A DNA stretch of 64,000 nt, from contig OZ024741.1 of NCBI GenBank assembly GCA_964016885.1, forward strand, positions 404,612,001 to 404,676,000. The letters are read 5' to 3'. Below the pieces are notes generated by a model. That model was given only the letters and a program-made list of their open reading frames with translations, did no database searches and had not been told where the DNA came from. The first letter of the stretch is position 1, and every line of letters starts with the position of its first letter. Shown here one piece after another: positions 1-12,751 of the stretch. The DNA is from Eledone cirrhosa (lineage: Eukaryota). The position numbers and the translations under genes are program-made.

Positions 1-244
1 AAAGAGGATGTATTTAGGTCTTGAATGAGGATTGTGTGTACACAGAAACACATGTCCCAACCCATGCAAACGCTATCAGAGAACAACAGAATTCATCTCT
101 CTTATATAAACATGTTTGAATTGGCAGTGTCTTTATCATTTATGTTCATATTATCACAGATCCGAATAAAATCTATTTTAAAATACACTTCAAACTAAAT
201 CTGGGAGAAAATCTCATAAAATTCTACAATGTAATATTTACTGG

Positions 245-572
245 AAGGCGGCGAATGTGCAGAGTCGTTCTAACGTCAGATACAATGCACTGCGGTATTA
301 ATTTCGGATCTCTGCCCTCTGAGTTCAAATTCCGCTGACGTCATCTTTGTCTTTCATCAATTTGAGGTCGTTAAAAAAGTACCAGTCAAGTACTGGGATA
401 GATGTTTCCACTATATCTTTCTCGAATTCTTTCTCTCACTCTCTGTCTTTCTCTGGAAGAAATCTGGTGTGTTGAGACCTGGAGAGGAGATGGGCTCCCC
501 TAGGTTTGAAAAATGGCATTGAAACACCGTATAGCAATATGGCGCCCCTACGACACCCTCAGGAGTTACGGG
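245..572 (+). mobile_element. tRNA-derived SINE (family 1 head) with extended 3' module
   Basis: A-box/B-box-like head (GAGTTCAAATTCCGC) and the core 'ctttcatc..ggtcg..aaaaagtaccagt'. The tail 'ggaagaaat..gacctggagaggagatgggctcc..ggagttacg' recurs at ~22180-22470(+), ~47163-47470(+) and ~48890-49090(-). Confidence 0.8.
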
Positions 573-581
573 TCAACACAA

Positions 582-641
<60 letters not shown>

Positions 642-646
<5 letters not shown>

Positions 647-833
647 AACAAGTAAGACCCCGACGGCTGAGCTCAAGCCGTTTCGACGGCTAATTCAGTA
701 CAGAATTAGCCGTCGAAACGGCTTGAGCTCAGCCGTCGGGGTCTTACTTGTTCCTATTACCCACTCTACTACCCTAAGTATTGAGTACTTTGGTGCGTTA
801 TGGTCCACCTGGTTCCTTACCACATTTCCTTCG

Positions 834-836
<3 letters not shown>
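642..836 (+). repeat. PLE-like terminal fragment (HHR family H1) with a 55-bp-arm palindrome, embedded in (TA)n
   Basis: Arms 642-696 and 703-757 are perfect reverse complements with loop AGTACA. The same sequence occurs at ~21025-21200, 21388-21585, 29460-29595, 29947-30135 and 62160-62300. Confidence 0.85.
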
Positions 837-874
<38 letters not shown>

Positions 875-887
875 GATTTATGAATGT

Positions 888-931
<44 letters not shown>

Positions 932-1860
932 AATATAAACTGTATGCCACAAAAACAACGTTTATGGAACGAGAAGATTTTATCATCACATCCGATCACA
1001 ACCGACAACCATATAGCGATAATTTACCAATTTACCAACATAGACTCTGCAGTACTTATAACCAACAGAATAATTATAAATACATCCAAATTACATATCA
1101 TGCAAACGAACATATGGCGTCACTGATCTACTAGAAATAGCCACAGTCATAAAAACTAGGAACAACCTGAAACATAAAACGCAACTGAAATAATAGCTAA
1201 ACAAATATAAACAAATTTACAGGCTTATAAATAAACGGAACATATAGCGAATATTCGTAGTCAATAAAAAGCAAAAGTCTATCAGTAAATCAGTTTAGAA
1301 TATTATCAAGAACATCAATAATAACAGAGAAATGGTCTGACTGTATCCAATGTCCCAATATCAAACCACATGCGATGCCAAGGAAATAAATCTGTTGGAT
1401 ATTTTCAAAACGTTTACATCAAAAACTTCTTAAAAACAGAAACAGAAACCTAGAGACACTCACCTTTGCCTTGACCAGGTTATTACCCGTTCCTACCATT
1501 AGCACCCGAAATGTAATATAGGGGGGGGGTCTAGAATCTTAAATTCATCGCAACCAGCAAAATTCCTAACATACATCTAATTAACCGATATTTAAAATTG
1601 ATCATACTAAAACTGTCAAATTTCTAGAATTTTTATTTGACCCAATTCATAATATTTCTAAGGCTGAACAAAAATGAGTGACATAGCATTACACCATCTC
1701 ATCATCTCGATGCAACCCCTTCACCATCTAAAAGTGTTAACCCTTGACAATACTAACCAACTTATTATCATTGTCAAAGTAACACACAGCAAATCTGTAT
1801 GTCTTCTTACGAGCAACACCAGAAAACATCAACTACGAGCAACCATGCCACAGAAACATA

Positions 1861-1912
<52 letters not shown>

Positions 1913-2090
1913 CAGATACACATACACATACACACACAAGTACAACACACACACAAATATAGGAGCAGTTACATACAACACCGGTACAATAATTCCAACA
2001 TACAGAAGTTATACAAAAGAAAGCAAAATTCTCCACAGCAGACTTAGCTGAATCATATTTGGACTAACAGATAGAAACTACCAAACATTG

Positions 2091-2215
2091 TACGCACAAA
2101 ACATTGTACACACAAAACATTGTACACACAAAATATTATACACACAAAACATTATACTCACAAAGCATTATACACACAAAGCATTATACACTCAAACATT
2201 ATACACACAAAACAT
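2091..2215. repeat. 16-bp minisatellite (ACACAAAACATTRTAC)n
   Basis: About 8 tandem degenerate copies are visible. Confidence 0.85.
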
Positions 2216-2564
2216 CATAATTATAGTTGTATATGACAGTCTTACTTAAGTCTCCAGCCTCCCTAGAAGAGAACGCTATCTATCTGTATTATGAGAGAAG
2301 AGTTGTTTCTCCGTCTGTCTGTCCGTCACATATATATGTAGGAGTGAAAACGGGAGGAATGAAAATGGGAGGCAACCCAATTTTTACGTTTATTGCAACC
2401 TTAAGAATCTCTATGCGTTAGAGGTAATGAGGGAGATGTCTGTAGGAGTGTGGGTGAGGAGTCAGTGGGGAGGGGGACCAAATAATCTACAAAATTTATA
2501 AATAATACAATATGCTTGATAACGCGTTGTGTATAAACCTCGAACACAAAGAAACCAAAATAGT

Positions 2565-2850
2565 GGTTTCTAATATAGGCACAAGGCCAATCATTTTGGG
2601 GGAGGGAAAGTCGATTAAATCGACCCCAGTGCGTGGCTGGTACTTTATTTTATCGACTCCGTAAATATGAAAGGCTAAGTTAACCTCGGCGGGATTTGAA
2701 CTCAGATTATAAAAGTAAAGTTAACCTTGGCGGGCCAAGGTTAACTTTGCTTTTCACCCTTACGGGGTCGATAAAATAAAGTACCAGTGGGGTCGATTTA
2801 ATCGACTGTCCCCTCCCCCTAAATTACGGCCTATATAAGAAATCACTATT
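2565..2850. mobile_element. two family-1 SINE 3' halves in inverted arrangement
   Basis: A minus copy (~2565-2720) and a plus copy (~2735-2850) are joined through the palindrome aaagttaaccttgg-cggg-ccaaggttaacttt. Confidence 0.75.
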
Positions 2851-3402
2851 CGTTGTTTCTTTGTGTACGAGGTCTGTATACAAGAAACCAAAATATTAAA
2901 AGTGATAGACTACCGTGATATGCGGATAGGAGGGTGTTTGTTACAGAAATCCTCAGCCCCCGAGATCCCTCTCGCTACTGGAATACTCATAGCGCAGACA
3001 AATACAATACACACAAAAGCAATACTACAACATCCCAAACCTCTGTTTCAATTATTTAGACTAAACAAACTTAACAATTCATGCACAGAGAAATAGTTGC
3101 AGCATAAATATCTTTATTCACCTTCAATACTGGGCAGTGACGCCACGAATAAGACGTACAGAGGATCAGTAAGGGTCACACTCAGACTGAGGGCAGTTTT
3201 TGCTCGCCTGCACTGTGGTCTCCACAAGAATATGTGGGAACACAGAAGTAGATTTGACAGTGATGTTGAAGTGATAGCAACCAGTCCGTATAATTCGTCA
3301 ATGCTTGGCGAATTGCAAAGTATGGTCCTCAACTAGACGGGAAGAAGGGTTAAATGGAAAAATAAGTGGGTAGCGCCACGTCATTATTTTAATCATCTGC
3401 TA

Positions 3403-3596
3403 GGCAGTGGATTGGCAGTATCGGTAGAGGGTTGAGCGCCATGCTTTTCAGCATAGAATTACGGCCCTATATTGTCTGAGTTCAAATCTCGTCGAGATTA
3501 ACTTTGCCTTTCATCCTTACGGGGAATAGATAAAATAAAGTACCAGTAATACACTGGAATAATTGCTGGCCTTATGCCAAAAGTAGAAACAATTAT
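3403..3596 (+). mobile_element. tRNA-derived SINE family 1 (~190 bp)
   Basis: Reads gtggattggcagtatcggtagag...gagttcaaatc...gttaactttgcctttcatccttacgggg...aagtaccagtaa...ttgctggcctt..aaagtagaaacaatta. Other copies lie at about 23157-23342, 23359-23577, 28260-28515(-), 28711-28838(-), 29798-29930, 43703-43922(-), 46771-46958(-), 48476-48655, 49104-49250, 49575-49770, 49780-50000, 51900-52040, 53373-53585, 53845-54060(-), 58716-58905 and 58918-59033. Confidence 0.85.
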
Positions 3597-3901
3597 TTCA
3601 ATCATCTGGCAGCTATAGAACTGATTGATTAAGGTGGAAGATGGCCTATACATCTGCTACAAAACCTAAACTAATGAAAGAAAATTTAATAGGGCTTCCA
3701 TCTGTGCACTTATTGACCTTTGTTGTATGTAGAGCTAAAGAGAAACGAAAGCTCCTATGGAAATAATATTGAAATCTGTCTTCAAAATAGATGCAAAAAA
3801 TATAACGATAATATATTATTTAATGATGAGTAAAATAATCCCTGGTGACATTGAAATAATTACTGCAGAAGTGAGGCTGATACTATAACAATAGAACTGT
3901 A

Positions 3902-3974
<73 letters not shown>

Positions 3975-4914
3975 GGGAAGAAGACGCACGTGGTGGTAGA
4001 AGGTCATGAAATCGCTCCCGTAAGTTTTTGATTTTTAACATATTTAAATCAATTGTGAAATAACAATTCTTAGTACAAATGATGCATGAACCACCGAATC
4101 AAGCCCCATAAAATTTCGGATCCATATTATATTGTTATATCGCTCAAATATTCAATTTTGTATTATATATTTTGTATTCAAAAAAGAAAATGGTTATAAA
4201 TGGAAGAAAACACCCTCTGTCTACACTATATAGAACAGCCAAATAACAGCAATTTCACCAACACCAGAAACTTGATACACCACCTACACCATCACACTAA
4301 ATATAACAGCCAGATAACGGCAATTTCACCACCACCACCACCACAAATCCCAGCATCATAATAATACTTACTATTATTATTGTCTCAAGTTTTAACAAAA
4401 TGTTTAATTCCAATTTTACGGGAATATGTCAACACAATATATATTAAACATACGCGACACAAACTCATAGATACTACATATCACAAAACTCAGTAACGAC
4501 AACGCCACCGCCGCCACCACCTCATCCTTCATTGCTACCACCACTGTTCCCCTGTTAACTTAAGAATGGGGAAGGTGGCGGTATCACTAGACAAGGGAGA
4601 GGCTAGCAAAAGATATAGATAGATTGACTTAGTGACCTGGCCACCGGCCAAACGTCAACAAACTATGGCACTGCTGGCTCCCCCCTTCCTCACCAGCAAT
4701 ATAAAAAGCCCCAGCACCACCACCGACATAGCCAACAACAATAACAGGCAACTTCAGCAAAAAGCATATTATATTATTGTAATGCACTGGGTGATTGCTG
4801 GCCTTGTGCCTGGAGTGGAGACGGTTATTAATAATTTCATTCTTAAGCCACGCAATGCTCACATTAAGGAACCACTCATGATAATAACAATTTAAAAAAA
4901 AAACAACAAAAAGA

Positions 4915-7900
4915 AAACCCCGTGACCAAGAAATACCGGGATGGCGGCCGGCGGGGAATAGCCGTGTCTCGAGGGGAGAACGACCCCTCTAGTCTTGGTT
5001 GACACTCGTTCTAGAAGTGGTAACACGAAATGATTACCCCTTGGCGGATAAGGATAAAACGCGACAAAATAAAGTAAATGTCTAATGATAAAATCTCACA
5101 CCGGATCGGCCGTCACCCGGGTAAAAAAGGGCCGCGTCCCTCAGAGAGGAACCAGACTGGGGTCGAAAAATCAGCTAATGGTTCAAACCTTCCCATCACT
5201 TCGGAGCTGGAGACCTCCCATAACCGGAATACTCCTACTGTTGGCCGTCCATGCTCACCACCAAGAAATCCAAACAAAAAGAGAGAAAAATGGTCAAGGA
5301 AAGATAATAAAGAAGTCCTTGAGGCTTTCTACACTGTCATGTACTACCCATCAAATACATCGAATACAGAACAGACATATATCAACTGGAAAAAGAAACA
5401 TCCCGAAAACAGAGGCTATATTGACAGTAACAAACTAGCCAATATAATAAGAAATATTGTAAGAAAAAAGTTACTAACTGATATAGAAATTTATCAGATC
5501 AAGCTATTAGCACAAAGTCAGCGAAGGGAAAATGAAACATGTGTCAGTGAAAACGAGGTAAATTGTAACACTTCGAATCCCAGGGTTGGGGCGGAATCAC
5601 TGGCAACAGAACAAGTTAAAGAAAGGATCGAAAATGTGGAGGGAGTGCATGCTCAAGATGAAACTCCAAATGAAAATAATGAGATCGTAAATGATAAAGA
5701 AATGAATGAGAATGAACTTGCCAACTTGAAGGATGAAATTATGATCGAATGAATGAAAATGAAAGAATCTGACATGGGGCAACGAGACACCCTCCCTAAG
5801 ATCCAGAACTCCAAACAGAACCAAAAGATAATACACAAGACTAACATCATTCTCAAAAACATTATCATCACAAACAAACTAAACATTACTGATTTAAATC
5901 ATCTCTATTATGCATCGGCTAAAGTCACCACTCCCTTATGTGGAGTGAAGATGAAAAAACAAAGGAATTCCCACAAGAAATCTACTTGGCAAGAGAACAT
6001 CAATCGCCAAATAAACCTTCTCCGATCTGACATAGAAATTTTAACAAACTATAAAGTAGGTGAACATGTTAAACAAACTAAACTTAGAAAATTGAAAAAA
6101 AAGTACAGTATAAAATCAACAAGTGACATAGATATGCTGATAGAAATAATCAAGCAAAAAGTGTCGGCCAAAGCTGCTCGTATAAGGCGCTTTGAAAAAC
6201 GATCTAGATTCTATAAGGACAATAATATGTTCAAAAACAACCAAAGAAACTTCTACAGAAAAATTGGTAAGTCAACAATAACTGCTAAATCAATACCACC
6301 CAAGGAGGAAGTGCAAGAATTCTGGGAAAAGATCTGGGCCGAAGAAAAAGTTCATAACATACATGCCCCATGGATAGACAGACAAATGAAAGATACAGTT
6401 CACCTTGAGGAACAAATATGGGAAAATATAACAGTTGAACAGTTGCGCTTGGCTCTAAGAAAAACCAGCAAATGGAAATCCCCAGGAAAAGACAAAATAC
6501 AAAATTTTTGGATAAATGCCTTCACAGAGTCTCAGGAGCTGTTAGCCCAACTTTACAATGAAATAGTTAAGGAGCCAGAAAAGATACCATCATGGCTAGT
6601 TAACGGCATTACATTCCTGCTTCCGAAGAATGATGAGACAAACAATCCCCAAAATTACAGACCGATTACTTGCTTGACCACAATGTATACAATTTTAACA
6701 TCAGTCCTAACTGAATACACATATGACCACCTGATAACAAATGACCTATTTCCCATTGAGCAGAAAGGGTGTAAACGAGGCTCATATGGCTGTAAGGATC
6801 AGCTTTTGGTTAACAAAATGATACTGGAAGATTGTCATAATAGACACACAAATCTATCGATTGCTTGGATAGATTATAAAAAAGCATTCGATAGTTTGCC
6901 ACACAGTTGGATTGAAAAATGTTTAGAGATTTTCAAAATATCCCCCGTTGTCAGGAGGTTTTTGTCATTCAGTATGAAGACATGGAAAACGACACTCTTT
7001 TTGAATAGTGAAACAAAATCACTGGAAGCTGGAGAAGTTAATATTAATTGTGGAATTTTTCAGGGTGACTCTTTATCACCGCTTTTATTCTGCATCGCAC
7101 TTATACCATTAAGTAAAATGCTCAATGAAACAAAACATGGATATAAAGTCTATGACAAAACCATTAATCACTTGTTCTACATGGATGACCTGAAACTATT
7201 TGCAAAAAATGATGAACAATTGCAAGGGCTATTATCCACTGTGGAGCAGTTCAGTGATGACATTAAAATGGAGTTTGGACTAGATAAATGCGCCAAAGCA
7301 ACGTTCACCAGAGGAAAGCTGCTGAAGAGTTCAGACATTAATCTTGATCGGGGGAACGTGATAAGAGAACTTGATCAAGAAAAAGCTTACAAATATCTAG
7401 GTGTTTGTGAAGGAGACGGATTCAAGCACTCGACAATGAGGGAAAGGATAAGGAAGGAATGTTACCGCAGAGTAAGAGCAATCTTAAGAACGGAATTGAA
7501 TGCAAGGAATAGGATCGATGCCATAAACACGCTTGCCATACCAGTAGTAACCTACAGTTACAATGTCTTCAACTGGTCAAGCACAGGGATCCGTAGGCTC
7601 GATACAAAATTCGAAAATTCTTAACCATGCACAGAATGCATCACCCTAAGGCAGATATAGATAGAATATATCTCCCTAGGAAAGAAGGAGGACGTGGGTT
7701 AATCCAGACATTGCGTTGAAAACTGCAACAATTGGATTATCTACATATCTAAGGGAATCACATGATTGGATGATCAAACTCGTTTTGAAACACGAAAGCA
7801 TCAAAAGATCATATTCCATTACAAAAGATGCACAAAGATACAGTAATGGACTACAAATTTCAGAAGTTCCATTTACTGCTGAAATGGAAAACACAGAAAA

Positions 7901-8849
7901 AGCAAAGCAGGTAAAAGTAACTGCAAAGAAAGAACTGCTACAGAAACTGGCTAAGAAATGGCAAGAAAAGCCTCTGTATGGAAATTACCCAGAGCGAGCT
8001 AACAATCCTGATGTTGACAAAACTTTAACCCATCAGTGGTTGGAATCCTCTGGACTGAAATCGGAGACTGAAGGACTGATTTTATCAGCACAAGATCAGT
8101 GTCTGCCAACATAATAAAAAATGGATGCAGCCCATTATGCCGTGTATGCAAAAAACAACCAGAGACCATTGACCATATAATTTCAATGTGCAGTCCTATA
8201 GCTCCAACCGAATACCTAAACAGGCATGACAGAGCTGCACAATACAAACATTAGATAATGTGTAAGCATTTTGACCTGCCCCATCAAAAGAATTGGTGGG
8301 AGCATCAACCACCTCCCATACTTGAAAAAGATCACATCTCAATCTTGTGGAACTTTAGCATCCAAACAGACCGAAAAATAGATGCAAATAGACCTGATAT
8401 AATATTGAAGGACTTTAAAAAGAGGGTATGCCTGCTAATTGATATGTCTGTTCCAATAGACAAGAATGTATCTATAAAAACATTTGAAAAATTGAGCAAG
8501 TATAAGGACCTGGAAATAGAAATTGGAAAAATGTGGAAATTGAGAACTAAAACAATACCAGTGGTTGTAGGCGCTCTGGGAATGATACCTAAGGGGTCTA
8601 ATGATTACTTATCGCAAATTCCAGGAAACCCGCGTATAGGAGAAATACAAAATATAGTACTAATGGGAACTGCCCATATACTAAGGAAGATTCTGTCAAT
8701 ATAAGTACATCACAAGTCTAAACACTAAAGATGCATGTGTGAGTATGTATGTTCTTTCTTGAACATGGCGGACCTTGTTGTCTCTTGAGGTCACTGGTTG
8801 TGACTTGGTGATAACTCGTATGAACATAAAGCAAGATAAATGCAACTGT
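4915..8849 (+). mobile_element. R4/Dong-clade (R2 superfamily, RLE) non-LTR retrotransposon, near full length, disrupted
   Basis: One broken ORF with RT, a CCHC knuckle, an RHD motif and a restriction-like endonuclease. It has a GC-rich structured 5' UTR and its 3' end abuts (TAA)n at 8849-8870. Confidence 0.9.
5078..8704 (+). pseudogene. RT + zinc knuckle + RLE polyprotein (ORF pieces 5078-5752, 5753-7624, 7716-8114, 8258-8704)
   Basis: RT motifs NYRPITCL, QKG..GSYGCKDQLL, WIDYKKAFDSLPH, GIFQGDSLSPLLF and YMDDLKL. Also CRVC..ETIDHIISMC (~8138-8191), RHD (~8222) and RPDIILKD..LIDMSVP..KLSKY. There is an in-frame TGA at 5750-5752 and later frameshifts. Confidence 0.9.
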
Positions 8850-8870
8850 AATAATAATAATAATAATAAT

Positions 8871-10080
8871 GATTTCTTTATTAACCACAAGGGTTTACAT
8901 AAAGTAGATATTAAGGACAGTACAGGACAATACAGGACGGTACAAATGGGCATTTCTGCGTGTAAAAAAAAATAACAATGACAAATTCCCCAATAAGGGG
9001 GAGACTTCCGAGGGACATTTGTGGAGAAAGCCCATTAAAAGGCCACAGTGACCCTGACCACCAGGGCAAGTGCCCTCTCCAAGTTGTCCACCTTTAATTT
9101 ACAGATATATACTCAGAGTAGGTCCATTGACTCGGGCCATTCTTGCTTCTCTCACCCATCTTTCAACAAAATGCTGGGAAGAGAGCACTTCCCTCTCTAC
9201 TCTGATTTTCCTTTTCAAATGAAATTTGAAAAAGTCAATCAGAGCATCACCGAAGAGGTAAGTGCTCGTCTTCAGCCCTTTCAAAGGTGTCCACCATACT
9301 ATCTCTTTCGCCATGGCCACCAGACAGATAAAAACTGCCTGCCCTTCCCGGCTAAAGGAGGAGCGCGGGGCAATCCTCACGATGGACTCAGATGATAGCC
9401 GGATCCGTCCCACACGCGACAGCAGGTGTTCGACATAAACCCACACGTCAGCAATTTTCGGACACTGGACGAGTGCGTGCAGGACGGTTTCGTCGCCCTG
9501 CGCACAGCTCGGACATGCCCGGCTGACGGCACCTCCATGCCTGTAGAGTTTATGCCGAATTGGCAAAGCTCCCCGGTAGCACTGCCAGGCCAGGGATTTC
9601 TGGAAGTTGTCCATAGGCCCCGGCCCGAAAGTCCTTCCGAAGAGATTGGCTAGTTGATTTTCGTTGACGCCTAGAGTTTTTCCAAGTACGTCGTCGCTCT
9701 TCTCCTCCACTAATCCTCTATAGAACGCCAAGGTGGAGTTTCTACCGATCACATTGCCCGATTGGTCGAGGGCTTTGAGCGCCTGAAGACATTCCAGTCT
9801 CCAAGCGCTCCCTCTCGGTCTTCGCTTGACCCAGGACTGCAGCTCCGTCAAGGAGACGAGCTGGGGAAAGACGTGTCTAGCAAACGGCGACCACACCTGA
9901 TCACCGTCGAGGAAGAGGTGGAGATGTCGTATCCTGAGCGCGTGTCTGCGCATCATCAGCCACGGCATTCCCAGCCCTCCACGTAGCGGGTGTTGACAGC
10001 AGATGGACCGTCTGAGCATCGGAGCGCGTCCCTTCCACAAAAAGCGAAAGAGCAAACACTCCAGCGCAGTCAGAAGGGTC
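8871..10080 (-). mobile_element. L1/Tx1-type LINE copy A, 5'-truncated ((ATT)n-tailed family)
   Basis: ORF 9099-10082 is the ORF2 C-terminus (GGLGMPW, CPSC..DETVLHALVQC). It is near-identical to 35100-36300 in the opposite orientation and ends ccttgtggttaataaagaaatc-(ATT)n. Confidence 0.9.
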
Positions 10081-10225
10081 AAATAACGGGCAGAAAGACC
10101 CCTCCCACGAGGAGGACGGTGTTTTTATCTACAATTTGGTTAACATTTTAAACAATTTACAATTGTTATAGCGGTTAAAAATTATTATACCTTACAGAGC
10201 TGAGCCTCCGTCAACCATGGCATTC

Positions 10226-10259
<34 letters not shown>

Positions 10260-10366
10260 CTTTCTTTATTAACCACAAGGGTTTAAATAAAGTAGACATT
10301 AAGGACTGTACAAGACAATACAGGACGGTACAAATGGGCATTTCTGCGTGTAAAAAAAAACAAAAA
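10226..10366 (-). mobile_element. Tx1 LINE 3'-UTR fragment with (ATT)n tail
   Basis: Matches 8850-8970. A related diverged fragment lies at ~11565-11785. Confidence 0.8.
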
Positions 10367-10371
10367 ATAAT

Positions 10372-11560
10372 AATCATAATGCCATAAATGCAGTAAATTC
10401 CCGAGCTATGTCTATTATTAGGTACAGTGTGGGAATTCTGAGATGGAATGTTACTGAACAAAAAGAAATGGATAGGAAGACTAGGAAGCTATTGACTATC
10501 TACAACATGTTCCACAAGAGGAGTGTGTCGATAGACTCTACTTAAGGAGATCTGAATGTGGAAGAGGTCTTATCAGCATAGAAGACGACTGTGTTCAGAT
10601 GGAGAAAAATAACCTACACAAATATGTGACCGATAGTAGGGAGCCAATGCTCAGAATTGTACTGAAGGAGAGGACAATAGACCAGGGGATGTCCAAGGAG
10701 GAAATAAGATCAAGGAGAAAGAGCAGCCTTCAGGAAAAAATCCCTTTATAGTACCTTCTTTGAGAAAACGAAATTCAGAGATCCACAGACATGGAACTGG
10801 TTGAAAAGAGGAGGCCTTAAAAAGGCTACAGAAGGAATGCTAATGGCTGCGCAAGGCTCTCAAAACGAAGTGGCTGAAACACCATATTTACAAGGAGGAG
10901 GCTAGCCCACTGTGGAGGATCTGTGGAGAGAGAGGGGAGACTGTGGCTCACATTGTATCCGAGTGTAAACACCTAGCCCAGACTCACTATAAAGGCTGTA
11001 GACATGATGTGATGGGCAGGGTGATCCACTGTCACCTAGGCAAAATAAACAATTTACCACATTCTGAGAAGTGGTATGAGCATAAGCCAGAGTCGGTGAT
11101 AGAAAACGATTAGGTGAAGGTGCTATGGAATTTTAGGATACAGACGGACAAGAAACTGGAACAGAATAGACCTGACCTGGTGGTTTTGGACAAGGAAAAA
11201 AGATCGTGCCTGATTGTGGATGTGGCCTGCCCATTCGACACGAGAGTGCAAGAGAAGAATAGGGTGAAAATTAACTGATACCAGGACTTAAAGTGGGAGG
11301 TAAAAAGGATTTGGAACTGCCATGAAGTCAGAGTCGTCCCGATTGTCATAGGCGCACTAGGTACTATCTCAAAAAGTTTCTAGAGATGGTTAAAGAAAAT
11401 TGGCACAACCCCACTTTTTGGAACACTTCAAAAGGCATGCTTGCTGGGAACAGCAAGAACCCTCCGATACGTCCTGAATATCTGAGGCTGCAGGTAGTGG
11501 CTTGATATTCATTTCAACAAACTTTCCAGTTAACTAACATCAATGACTGAGACTCAAAGA
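10372..11560 (+). mobile_element. second R4/Dong-type element, 5'-truncated and degenerate
   Basis: Translates in pieces as INAVNSRA..IIRYSVG..MDRKTRKLLT, GRGLISIED, TEGMLMAAQ, ETVAHIVSEC..RHD, RPDLVVLDK..IVDVACPFD and VPIVIGALG. Both flanks are TAA-like repeats. Confidence 0.85.
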
Positions 11561-11849
11561 ACAATAATAGTAATGATTTCTTTATTGGCCACAAGGGCTG
11601 ACATCAATAAAAACATTACTGACGGCACAGGACGGTAGAGGACGGTAGAGGACGGTACGATGTGGGTTTTTTGCGTGTAAATATTTTTATTATTTATATA
11701 AGAAAAGAAAAAAGACATAGAAACATATATATATATAAACAATAAAAATGAAAATTGAAACAATGAAAAATTCCCCAATAGGAAACACAGCTGAAAACTC
11801 GTTATCTTTAAAATCCAAATTTATATTTGCTGTGGGGTTTGGAAGTATT

Positions 11850-12091
11850 CACACACATATACACAAATACACACACACATATACACACACACACACACAT
11901 TTACACACACACACATATACACACACACATATACACACACATATACACACACACATATACACACACATTTACACACACATATACACACACATATATACAC
12001 ACATATATACACACACATATTTACACACACACATACACACACACACATATATACACACACATATACACACACACATACACACACACATTTG

Positions 12092-12129
<38 letters not shown>

Positions 12130-12520
12130 TATATACATACACACACATATACACACACATATACACACATATATACACACACATATATACATACACACAC
12201 ATATACATACACACATATACACAAATACACACACACACAAATACACACACACACATATACACACACACATATACACACACACAACTATATATATACATAT
12301 GTACACACCTGTAAACATGCCAATATTTGGAAAAAATAAAAGGAAGCGTGCTGACACACATACACACACACCATATATATGTGTGCGTGCGTATTTATAT
12401 ACATATAAACATGTATTTATATATATATGTATATGTGTGTATGTGTGTATATGTATATATATGATATATATGTATGTGTGTATATATATATATAGAGAGA
12501 GAGAGATAGATAGATAGATA
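11850..12520. repeat. compound (CA)/(TA)/(GA)/(GATA) microsatellite
   Basis: Direct inspection. The ORFs called here are repeat artefacts. Confidence 0.95.
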
Positions 12521-12751
12521 AATTTCTATTTATTTGCCACGAGGGCACAAAAGAAGGGGGCATTTACACAGTGGGGGAGTTTACATAAATCGAGTAAAGA
12601 AAAAGGAATAACAATAATAATATAACAATAAAAAGTCCTCAAAAGGGAGGGGGCCTGTTGGGGATTGCACATACCCCCGAAAAGTGTGCAACTCTTTTCG
12701 CGGGGGAAGCCCAGAGAGGAGGCGCTCCCCCTTTCCTCTTCACATCTTCAC

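Noticed and set aside
2511-2575. TTGATAA...GAAACC..GGTT as another U3-A8 hammerhead
   Set aside because: No stem I pairing, and the 3' part is simply a SINE end.
3403-3495. tRNA genes
   Set aside because: The A/B boxes belong to SINE heads. No cloverleaf forms and the same SINE body always follows.
5125-5185. HDV-like ribozyme ending in GCTAATGGTTC
   Set aside because: GAACCA/TGGTTC can pair, but there is no room for P1', P1.1 or a proper L3.
11748-12517. Long H/T/Y/I- and C/V-rich ORFs (also near 513, 24005, 57656 and 61890-62791)
   Set aside because: They are translations of (TA)n/(CA)n microsatellites, which lack stop codons.
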